Assembly (NCBI GenBank): GCA_902386205.1
Contig: CABMIH010000006.1
Location: forward strand, 1-32,000
Length of the DNA: 32,000 nucleotides
Direction of reading: 5' to 3'
Origin: an uncultured archaeon
Lineage (GTDB): Archaea > Halobacteriota > Methanosarcinia > Methanosarcinales > Methanoperedenaceae
How positions within the stretch are numbered: the first letter of the stretch is position 1; every line of letters begins with the position of its first letter. The notes under the pieces are model-generated. The model had not been told where the DNA came from, did not search any database, and saw nothing but the letters and a program-made list of their open reading frames with translations. Of the stretch, positions 1 through 7,888 are shown piece by piece. Made by a program: the position numbers and the translations under genes.

Positions 1-600
1 TGCTTTTTCATAATATTCAATAGCTTTTCCGGGTTCACCAAGATTGATTTGAGCTTTTCCGAGGTTACTATAATTCACCCCTTCAGCCTGTCTATCTCCA
101 ATTTCCTGAGCTATTTTCAGAGCGTTGTCATAAAACTCAATGGCTTTTCTTATTTCACCAAGATTGATATGAACATCACCGAGATTACTTAGCCATATGC
201 TTTCATTTCGTTTGTCCCCCATCTCCTGAGCTATTCCCAAAGCTTTTTCATAATACTCAATGGCCATGTTCAATTCGCCAAGATCGCTGTAAGTAATGCC
301 TAGATTACCCAGCCATAAACCTTCATTTTGCTTATCTCCGATTTCCTGTGCTATTTTCAGAGCTTTTTCATAATACTCAATGGCTTTATTCAGTTCGACA
401 AGACTACTAAAAACATTGCCTATGTTACCATACCATATGCTTTCATTTTGCTTATTTCCTATCTCCTGAGCAATATTAAGAGCATTTTCATAATATTCAA
501 TTGTTTCTTGCATTTCCCCACGGGCCTGGTAATCATTGCCAAGACCGATGATAGCAGCGATTACAGCTGGATCATCTGGCTCAAGGCGTAGCGCTCTCAG
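1..600 (-). repeat. Tandem 120-nt coding repeats (40-aa TPR units)
   Basis: The near-identical string agc(t/a)ttttcataata(t/c)tcaat(a/g/t)g recurs at 1, 241, 361 and 481, with a more diverged copy at 121. The period is exactly 120 nt and lies inside the TPR ORF. Confidence 0.85.
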
Positions 601-1923
601 AAGTTCATTCTCAGCTTCCTTATATTGCCCAAGCTGTGATCGTATTTTTCCAATCTTGCCCCGAATCAACCCTTCCCAGCTTGGTCTACGCTGCAAGCTC
701 TGCTCATACCACTGCAGAGTATCTTCAAATCTTTCTTGCTGCTCATAGAGCAAGGCCATTCCCCAGTAGCCTTCGAATGCTTCAGGCGCAACTTCAATGG
801 CTTTCTGAAAAGAGGTCTGAGCATGCTCATAATTTTCTTCTTCGATATAAGCATACCCTTTTGAAATATAGCCGTGAAGGCGCGTATTATCAAGCTCAAT
901 AGCCTTATCATACCACCTGTGAGCTTTTTCATACTGCCAGTTTTGCTGGTAGATGTAGCCCATATGAAGGTAATTGAGGTATTCTCTCTCTGGATCCACA
1001 GCAATGGCACGATTGAGAAGGGGCAATAAGTTACTCTCATGCTCTGCAAACTTTTCAGGGCGCCCGTACAGGTTCAACAGGCAGATATAACCTCTTGGGC
1101 TACCACTCCTTTTCCTGATAGCTTCGCGATACCACTCTTCAGCTTCGTCAAATTTACTCTGCCGTTCGTACCAGTCCCCCATGCAGGTATAACCTCTTGT
1201 CAGGTGTGGATCTTTTTGGATTACTTCCTGAAAATACTTCTTAGCTTTTTCAAATTCATACTTCAGCAACCAATACTCTCCTTGGCCGCAAAGCACCCAG
1301 CTATTATCTGGAGCCAGCTGCTCTCCATTCTGCAATAAATTCTTTGCGGCATCAGGCTTTAGGAGGTTGTATAGCTGGATACTGGCTGCCATGACATACA
1401 TCTCTGCTCGAAGCTCATTGGGAATGCACTCTTGCTTGGCAACGTATTCAATCAAATCATATGCCTCTGGCCATCTGTCGATCAATGCATACCTTGTTGA
1501 TTCTCGGATTTTTTCCAATTTCTGCATAGCGCTAGACGGAAACGGGAAATGTTCCTCAGATAGCGCCAGGCAGAACTTTATTCTAGAGTAGGTTAGAGCC
1601 TCAGCATAGGTTTTAAGCCATTCGGTCCATCCATTCTCTTGATTATTTCTAAATGCGTCATGCAATCGTGCAATCTCGCTCTTTGTGATTTGCATCTCAT
1701 AGTGGTTGCTAAGTGCATTCAGTACTGACTGAAAGCTATTGTTTTCAGTAAGTCCAATTTGCTCATCAACCGCATACAAACATCTAAAGTAATTCTTCTC
1801 TTCTGCAATAGCAGTGCGAATATTCTCGAGCGCTTCAGTGGTACTCCTCATGTCGATATTTGCCAGTGCAGCTTCATAATATGCCTTTGCAATTAATTGA
1901 ATAAATTCATCGGAAATTGTCAT
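1..1923 (-). CDS. TPR-repeat protein (partial; C-terminus lies beyond the window edge)
   Basis: My own translation of the minus strand from ATG (1923-1921) to position 1 found no stop (MTISDEFIQLIAKAYYEAAL...). The distal part is tandem 40-aa TPR units (e.g. AIEYYEKALKIAQEIGDKQNEGLWLGNLGITYSDLGELNM). The start lies 6 nt after the stop of the CHAT gene. It is probably absent from the ORF track because its stop is outside the window. Confidence 0.85.
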   Translation of the reverse strand, partial: MTISDEFIQLIAKAYYEAALANIDMRSTTEALENIRTAIAEEKNYFRCLYAVDEQIGLTENNSFQSVLNALSNHYEMQITKSEIARLHDAFRNNQENGWTEWLKTYAEALTYSRIKFCLALSEEHFPFPSSAMQKLEKIRESTRYALIDRWPEAYDLIEYVAKQECIPNELRAEMYVMAASIQLYNLLKPDAAKNLLQNGEQLAPDNSWVLCGQGEYWLLKYEFEKAKKYFQEVIQKDPHLTRGYTCMGDWYERQSKFDEAEEWYREAIRKRSGSPRGYICLLNLYGRPEKFAEHESNLLPLLNRAIAVDPEREYLNYLHMGYIYQQNWQYEKAHRWYDKAIELDNTRLHGYISKGYAYIEEENYEHAQTSFQKAIEVAPEAFEGYWGMALLYEQQERFEDTLQWYEQSLQRRPSWEGLIRGKIGKIRSQLGQYKEAENELLRALRLEPDDPAVIAAIIGLGNDYQARGEMQETIEYYENALNIAQEIGNKQNESIWYGNIGNVFSSLVELNKAIEYYEKALKIAQEIGDKQNEGLWLGNLGITYSDLGELNMAIEYYEKALGIAQEMGDKRNESIWLSNLGDVHINLGEIRKAIEFYDNALKIAQEIGDRQAEGVNYSNLGKAQINLGEPGKAIEYYEKA

Positions 1924-1929
1924 AGACTC

Positions 1930-3369
1930 TCACCTTCTGGCTCTGATAGGCGGCTCTGACGCCGGCTCCAGCACCTTAGCCTGGGGCTTAATTTCCCCAG
2001 CCTTGGAGCGAATCTGTTTTTGTTTCACTCCATATCCACAAGAGTCACAACCGTAGTCTAAAGTTATTAAGTTTTTACATTGTGGGCATAGTATTAAATC
2101 AGATCCACATGCAAGACATATTTTACGACCGGAAATGATCCATCCCGAGCAGTTGGGATTAGGACACGGAACTTTTGTAGGTTTTACAGGAGTCAATTCA
2201 ATCTTTTTTGGTCTTTTGGGAACATTAAGCGGGGTCTCAGTTTGCAGATAGACGACAGGAGTACCAAAAGCACGATCGTTCCAGGCAGCCCTTACTCTGC
2301 CTGTTCCAACACTGCGGGTAGCCAGTGCATAGCGAGCTTCGCTCACTGCTTCGTCAATCTGCTTGCCTTCACCAATCTGTTGATAAAACTTTGCTGCAAA
2401 AGTAACTGCATCTGCGTTGGAGATTTCGTACTGCATCGCAACAACCACCGGTATCTTGGAATAGACAAGCTCTCGTGCAGTGCTCTTGAAGCCTTCAAAC
2501 GATTCTTTTATAGCTCCCCAACAAGCATGCAAAAAAACAAAATGTGGTTGATGCGCATCGAAAAGTACATTCATCATTTTACTTTCAATCCATTCTGCTT
2601 CCTCTGCGTTTTCTGGGCCTTTCATAGTCTTTTCATATCTTAGGTCTTCCTCCTCTTTTATAAACGCAATTTTTCCTGGTTTTCCATGGCCGATAAAGTG
2701 CAGAATATCTGGCTTGAAACTGTTGATCTTTTCTTTGAGCACAGTAAAGGAAGGATTATCAAGGGGTTCATCCACTTCAATAATACCTTCTGTCTTTAGA
2801 TTTTTAATTTGTTCAATAATGTCATCTGCAGTAATTGTTTGCAATTCTCGCGGATGGGAAAATGCGATTAAAATCTTTAGAGGGCCCTCCTCACGCTCTT
2901 TATGCAATACGCCTGCTTCAGGAACGAACCGTGTAAGAATAAGATCAGTTGTCTTACTTGCCAGGAAAAAGCCTGCAGGTTTATATGGCATGAATAAAAA
3001 CTCCCAGGGATATAAAGCCCAGTTTTCAGCTTCAGGATAGAAGATAAGAATCAATCTTAGGCGTTTTTCCGGATTCTCAAATTTCTCTCTTTCAAAATTA
3101 ATGTATGATTCCTCGAACATTTTTGCGAGGTCGGCGGTGAAAAGCAGCTTGTAAAGATGCTCACCCAGAACCTCCAGATCTTCTCGATTACAGCAGGGGT
3201 TAAGGGAGGGTTTATCACTATCAACCCATTTATTAAAACTTTTGATTGTTCGGAGCGTAAGATCATCTGTTTGTATTTTGCCCTCGGTCTTCCCTTTATG
3301 GTAGTCATCTTCATATTCGATTTTTTCTTCGTCCCATATCGTTAGTCTGCAATCGATATATTTTTTCAT
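1930..3369 (-). CDS. CHAT-domain (caspase-like) protease with C-terminal double zinc ribbon
   Basis: 479-aa ORF with an ATG start. The caspase/CHAT His-Cys dyad context is present (DILHFIGHG ... HFVFLHACWG), as is the LYPWEFLF motif typical of the CHAT N-lobe. The C-terminus carries four CxxC pairs (CPNPNC, CLAC, CPQC, CDSC). Confidence 0.8.
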   Translation of the reverse strand: MKKYIDCRLTIWDEEKIEYEDDYHKGKTEGKIQTDDLTLRTIKSFNKWVDSDKPSLNPCCNREDLEVLGEHLYKLLFTADLAKMFEESYINFEREKFENPEKRLRLILIFYPEAENWALYPWEFLFMPYKPAGFFLASKTTDLILTRFVPEAGVLHKEREEGPLKILIAFSHPRELQTITADDIIEQIKNLKTEGIIEVDEPLDNPSFTVLKEKINSFKPDILHFIGHGKPGKIAFIKEEEDLRYEKTMKGPENAEEAEWIESKMMNVLFDAHQPHFVFLHACWGAIKESFEGFKSTARELVYSKIPVVVAMQYEISNADAVTFAAKFYQQIGEGKQIDEAVSEARYALATRSVGTGRVRAAWNDRAFGTPVVYLQTETPLNVPKRPKKIELTPVKPTKVPCPNPNCSGWIISGRKICLACGSDLILCPQCKNLITLDYGCDSCGYGVKQKQIRSKAGEIKPQAKVLEPASEPPIRARR

Positions 3370-3419
3370 CTTGCTGCCTCAGTTCTAACATATACACGTT
3401 TCTATCATTAGTCATTAAA

Positions 3420-4490
3420 TCACAATCTAAGAATCGAGAGAGATTTTGCCCTTATGCCATCCAACTCTGAAGGCTTTGCCTCTGGTTCACCAAGTCCAGC
3501 AAGCATCTGTGCTCTCTCATGCAAGGCCTTCATTTTTATAATGTACTCATCTGCTAATTTTTCTGCATGCCTGCTGGTCAAATCAGGGCTGAGACTCATG
3601 GTCTGGCACAGGCTTGCCATGTTGGTTTTGGCGCTATCCCAATTATTCGCTTTGGCAACTTGAGCCTCTTCAGTCACTCGTTCCCAAAGCGGATAAAAAG
3701 GTAATGTCGTTATATCGCTTCTTTCTGATGTTTGATTGATACTATATAGCACATAATCAGCATCTCGGAAAGGTTTAGCATCTGCAAGACTTCTGCCATA
3801 GACGAGTTTGTGTTCGCGTACCCAAAGTCCGTTGATGTTCAACTGTGCTTCAGGCATATGGATCAACGCATAATAACTCGGTTCAAAAACTTCTACTGCT
3901 GGGGAGACCTCCTTGCGGAATCCAATGATGGGTACTGTACCATCAAGTTCCAGCAGTGCTTGAACACCATCCAGCACAACACCTGCGACCTTCACATAGG
4001 CAGTGAGGGAGGTGCCAAAATCAAAAACGTTCGCTGCACTCTCAACCATCTGCAGCAGTTTTCTTCCATAGTTCTCACGTTGCACACGATATAGTATTAC
4101 AGACAGAGCTAATTGACCTCCTTTATATGGATGTAATCCCGCCACTTTGGTATCAGAGAAGATCATACCCTCTTTTGGTATCTTGATCCCGTACTTCTCC
4201 ATCATAATTGGGCCAACAACGAATGGCACGGTTTCCACATCTTTGCCATATACGAATTCAGAGACTACAAATACCATAGGATCAAATTTATTGAACCACT
4301 CTCTGCTATAAGCGAGATACATTTCGTTAACTCGCACTTCAAAGTAGTTCTCATTTGGTTTGAAAGCCTTCCGTAACCTTTCACCCTCATCAATATGGTC
4401 AGTAGGAATGGCCACCCGGGTTGGCATTTGTGCCTTGCTTTGACGGATACTATTCCAAATATTTACCCACCTCTCTGTAAGAGATTTCAT
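3420..4490 (-). CDS. Hypothetical protein (first gene of the CHAT/TPR operon)
   Basis: 356-aa ORF with an ATG start preceded by AGGGG. It lies 50 nt upstream of the CHAT gene on the same strand. I recognise no motif. No TM segment is evident. The C-terminal ~90 aa look helical. Confidence 0.7.
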   Translation of the reverse strand: MKSLTERWVNIWNSIRQSKAQMPTRVAIPTDHIDEGERLRKAFKPNENYFEVRVNEMYLAYSREWFNKFDPMVFVVSEFVYGKDVETVPFVVGPIMMEKYGIKIPKEGMIFSDTKVAGLHPYKGGQLALSVILYRVQRENYGRKLLQMVESAANVFDFGTSLTAYVKVAGVVLDGVQALLELDGTVPIIGFRKEVSPAVEVFEPSYYALIHMPEAQLNINGLWVREHKLVYGRSLADAKPFRDADYVLYSINQTSERSDITTLPFYPLWERVTEEAQVAKANNWDSAKTNMASLCQTMSLSPDLTSRHAEKLADEYIIKMKALHERAQMLAGLGEPEAKPSELDGIRAKSLSILRL

Positions 4491-4690
4491 ACTAGCCCCT
4501 TTTTATAACCTTTACTCAAATACTATCTTTTTTATATCCAATATACCTTTCGGTAGCGGATACCTTCTCGTATGCTCAGACTGTGCGGAAAGTAAATTCG
4601 AAAACCTGAGTTCATCTCCCAATTTCATAATAAATCTGGCAGATTTATCCAAAAATTCTCATATAGAAAAACTACCGAGTAATCTCGGAA

Positions 4691-4957
4691 TCAATAAAGA
4701 GAGTCAACTTTAAATGTAGCCATTTCCCCCATCAATTTGTCTACTCCCACAATATTAATGACTCTTGTAATGTCATAAGCAAGCATGGTAAGGCTAATTT
4801 CAGTACCAACTTTATGCAATTTTTTCAATAGCAGATAACCTTGATTAAAAGACCTCTTTATAGTCCTAAAAGGATGTTCAACTACATCCTGCCTTTTCTT
4901 TACCTCGTCTATATTTTCTTTCACTCTTTTTCTATTTTCTTCCATGGGCCTCCTCAA
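4691..4957 (-). pseudogene. IS1182/IS5-like transposase, C-terminal fragment only
   Basis: VEHPFRTIKRSFNQGYLLLKKLHKVGTEISLTMLAYDITRVINIVG matches the conserved C-terminal block of IS1182/IS5-type DDE transposases. The ORF is only 88 aa with a TTG pseudo-start, and the catalytic N-terminal part is missing. Confidence 0.6.
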
Positions 4958-5313
4958 ACTCCATTCGAATCAGAATTCTTCCTCCTTTATAGGAGGTACA
5001 TTTTGGTCTGAATTCACAGCTGCTGCAGTTTTCAGTTCTATATAATTTCTCTTTTCTTGCATCGTATGTTGCCCATAATCTCAATTCGTTTCATGCTTTC
5101 TGATATGAAAAAGTAATCTAACGATGCTTCTTCATGGTTATCTATGAACGCAGTTCATAGCCAACTCTATCCTCTAATGGTAACTTTGATAGATAGCGAT
5201 CAGTATCTCTTTCCAGTACAGCTTTCAAATTATGTATGTCCTCAACCATGTTAAACCTCACTTTATTTGCCTGCTTATAAACTCCAAAGTAGGCTTTTGT
5301 TATGGTTAAAGGA

Positions 5314-5385
5314 AGCCACGGGAGGGATTTGAACCCTCGACCTCGTCCTTACCAAGGACGCGCTATACCCCTAAGCCACCGAGGC
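5314..5385 (-). tRNA. tRNA-Thr (anticodon GGU)
   Basis: Hand-folded cloverleaf on the reverse complement: GCCTCGG-TG-GCTT..AGC-G-CGTCC-TTGGTAA-GGACG-AGGTC-GAGGG-TTCAAAT-CCCTC-CCGTGGC-T. There is one U4:U69 mismatch in the acceptor stem. No CCA is encoded. Confidence 0.85.
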
Positions 5386-5411
5386 ACATATGATCGTTTT
5401 TTCAATTGAAG

Positions 5412-5486
5412 CGGGCCCGGAGGGATTCGAACCCTCGACATCCGGGTTAGAAGCCCGGCGCTATATCCAAGCTAAGCCACGAGCCC
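5412..5486 (-). tRNA. tRNA-Arg (anticodon UCU)
   Basis: Hand-folded. Acceptor GGGCTCG/CGGGCCC, anticodon arm CCGGG-CTTCTAA-CCCGG, T-arm GAGGG-TTCGAAT-CCCTC, discriminator G. An A/T-rich TATA-like box (TTTTTAAAT) lies about 25-35 nt upstream on the minus strand. Confidence 0.9.
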
Positions 5487-5541
5487 AGCGCGAAACCTCA
5501 AGATGTCCTGATGATTTAAAAACCTTTTGTGGAAATGGGAC

Positions 5542-6585
5542 TCAAATCCCATACTCTTTTCTGAGAGCTTCAATCTCAGGCAGGAGTATATAGTCCAGCG
5601 ACGTGCCTTTTGCCCCTTTAATTTCCATCAGGTCAACAATTTCCCTGTACTTCCCGCCGGCAAGTCCGTTGGCAACAAGGGCCGCACCCTCTGCGGCTTC
5701 TTTTACGTTCTTCACATGAAAACCCTCAAGTCTTCTCACAGGCGCTATGTCGATATGTTTTTTAAATTCCTCAAATAATCCCTTTGTCCTTGAGATTCTT
5801 CCAGAGACCAGGATTTCCTGCGGTTTTACAGAAGCCGTGAGCGAAAGGATATCTTTGATCCCGCTTTCCAGGTATGCATTCAGGGCTTCATCATTTTCCA
5901 TCAATTTTTCGGGGGTTCCTGCGATTGTCCCGACCCCGCCTTTAAAAATAAGTTCTTTACTGATGCCGCCTAAAAGATACGCAAGCTCAGCATCCATACC
6001 TCCCATTGAAAGAAAACCAATATTCCCCGAGCTTCCCCCGATCCCATCTACGATTTTCCCATCTTTAACAGCTACGGCAGCAGTATATCCAAAACCCATC
6101 TCAAGCATTATGAATGATGTTTCATTATAATTTTTATTATTCCTCAATGCCTGGTCCCTGATGCCAAGGGCTGCACAGCAGAGCTTATCGGCAGTACCCA
6201 TATCGACTTTATTAAATTTCCTGTATGCTGGAACCGTGGGTAGATGGATAACCCCCGGAATGAACATGATGGGGAGCCCTTTTTGTTTCAGGTGGTTTAT
6301 TGACCTTCGCATTCCAAGAATACTTTTATCATTCCCTTTTTTAATAAGTGACATAAGGAAGAGCTCACGCTCACCTATATCTTTGATATTTGAAAGAGGA
6401 ATGCCAAAGCCTGATGGTCCAACTACCAGGTCGGCCTTTGTGTCCACAATGATATCAGAAATCTTCCCCGGATCATTAATTATATCATGTGTAGATATGG
6501 AAGTATTAAGAATTACATTATCGTCTTCCAGGCCGCAGAAATCAAAACTTTTGGTTCCCGGGTCTATTCCGATTACTCTGACCAT
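5542..6585 (-). CDS. DUF1464-family ASKHA (actin/sugar-kinase-like) ATPase-fold protein
   Basis: 347 aa. The N-terminal phosphate-1 motif VIGIDPGTKSFD and later glycine-rich motifs (GFGYTAA, DGIGGSSG) are typical of the ASKHA fold. Overall it resembles archaeal DUF1464 proteins as I recall them. Confidence 0.75.
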   Translation of the reverse strand: MVRVIGIDPGTKSFDFCGLEDDNVILNTSISTHDIINDPGKISDIIVDTKADLVVGPSGFGIPLSNIKDIGERELFLMSLIKKGNDKSILGMRRSINHLKQKGLPIMFIPGVIHLPTVPAYRKFNKVDMGTADKLCCAALGIRDQALRNNKNYNETSFIMLEMGFGYTAAVAVKDGKIVDGIGGSSGNIGFLSMGGMDAELAYLLGGISKELIFKGGVGTIAGTPEKLMENDEALNAYLESGIKDILSLTASVKPQEILVSGRISRTKGLFEEFKKHIDIAPVRRLEGFHVKNVKEAAEGAALVANGLAGGKYREIVDLMEIKGAKGTSLDYILLPEIEALRKEYGI

Positions 6586-6635
6586 ACCCCAAAGTAATCA
6601 TCCTGACTCATTAATGTTTTTATTTTTCCGGATAA

Positions 6636-6818
6636 TTATGTCTTTGGCGGTTTCCTTTCTACCACTTTCATCCAATGGCCCGGACTGACCTCAGCAAGAA
6701 CAGGAACATTGGGCGCAAGTTCATCAAAGTAAATCGTTTCCTCACCCAGCGGGTGGATATCACCGCCGCATACAGGACATTTTTCAAAAAACGTTTTTCT
6801 TTTTCTAAGCTCTGCCAT
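6636..6818 (-). CDS. Small hypothetical protein with a CPxCG zinc-knuckle
   Basis: 60 aa with ATG preceded by a strong GGGAGG RBS. It lies 50 nt upstream of the DUF1464 gene on the same strand. Confidence 0.55.
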   Translation of the reverse strand: MAELRKRKTFFEKCPVCGGDIHPLGEETIYFDELAPNVPVLAEVSPGHWMKVVERKPPKT

Positions 6819-7320
6819 AAACCTCCCTTCACTGTTAGAGTTGGATTAAGACAGGATAAAAGTATTGGTGAAAGAAATCGAGGAAAAAAAGAACGACCGG
6901 ACCGGACTTGCTTAAGCCATTATTAAAGCCTTCATGGCGTCGTTGCTCAGATAAATTTCAAACATTCAATTCGGCAAGGGCATCATCAAGTCTGATTCTT
7001 TCGCCACGCCTCATCATTGTATCTCTGGACACTTTGGATTGCGACAATGAGAGACCTCCAACAGGCTATAGTTTGATAGAAGTAAGATGTTATGAAAAGT
7101 GCCGAGGTATGGTTGGAATGAGCCGAAAAGCGGCTACCCCATGCAAATCATTCATTTCTTATCATTTCCCGAAATAATTTTCTATTTCTTAACTTCTTTT
7201 ACCTTTTGTACTGTTTTCATAAAATTCACCATCCAAACATCTTGAAAGCAAAGCCCAACCAGACCTCTGGGTGCATCTTTCTTATGAAAGCCTGATTTGG
7301 GGTTTCGGCTCGTCTCAGAT

Positions 7321-7833
7321 TCAATGATCCGTGAGGTCGATTGCATGATCTGCTTTACCATTTTTATCCCGTTTATTGGCATAGAATTGCGTCCCATGAT
7401 CAGATATTACGGACCTGATCGGATACCAGTAGCTATATTTTTCAATTGCATCTGTCAATACCTTCAGAGAGTTCTCTTCAGTAGCGTTGTCAAATTCTTC
7501 TGCTGCCAGCACTTTTCTCGATGCGTCATCCAGAATAGTGCACAACTGCTTTCCATTGACCTTACTTTCGTGCCAATCGATATGAACCGCTGATAGCGAA
7601 TGTTTCCGTTCATATCGTATCCAGGGCTTTCTTCGCTTCTGCTTGCTCTCCTGCTCTTTGGCAAATCCGAATTCGAGCTTCAGAAACTTCCTTTTTTGGT
7701 CTCCCGGGTTGACGCCAATTGCAGGTATATGACCTGTTAATCTGTATATTTTATGGATCTGCCTGAACCGTCTTGGTGTAATACCGAGATACTTAGAATG
7801 AGGAAATTTTTTTGGGAAAAGATATCTTTCAGA
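7321..7833 (-). pseudogene. rve/DDE-type (integrase-core) transposase remnant, truncated at both ends
   Basis: HTH-like LGITPRRFRQIHKIYRLTGHIP, then the first two acidic motifs (VHIDWHE; LDDASR; VISDHGTQF). The ORF stops before the catalytic Glu region. The apparent N-terminus of ORF 7321..8016 runs antisense into hppA and is spurious. ORF 7182..7397 may be a frameshifted continuation. Confidence 0.6.
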
Positions 7834-7841
7834 GGTAAACA

Positions 7842-7853
7842 ATATATATAAAT
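7842..7853 (+). promoter_or_regulatory. TATA-like box upstream of hppA
   Basis: ATATATATAAAT lies 36-47 nt upstream of ATG 7889. A GGAGG lies 5 nt upstream of that ATG. Confidence 0.4.
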
Positions 7854-7888
7854 AGCACCAAGTGGGCGAAGATATTCTGGAGGATATT

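Noticed and set aside
1-600. Regularly spaced repeats that could suggest a CRISPR array
   Set aside because: The period is a continuous 120 nt with no unique spacers. The whole region is one open minus-strand frame encoding TPR units. No cas genes are present.
1-4490. Type III-E Craspase-like (TPR-CHAT/Csx29 plus Csx30) locus
   Set aside because: CHAT and TPR are separate proteins in the opposite order. There is no Cas7-11/gRAMP gene, no CRISPR array and no RpoE/Csx31-like gene in the window.
3420-4490. Calling the 356-aa protein a bacterial-type gasdermin
   Set aside because: The only argument is the neighbouring protease. It is longer than known prokaryotic gasdermins, has no N-terminal Cys, and shows no sequence motif I can tie to the family. 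It is kept only as an architectural analogy.
6908-7177. 89-aa plus-strand ORF, and a short minus-strand ORF ending ...RRGERIRLDDALAELNV in the 6820-7180 spacer
   Set aside because: Neither has a convincing start or RBS. The sequences are unrecognisable and too short. The region is more likely decayed sequence flanking the IS remnant.
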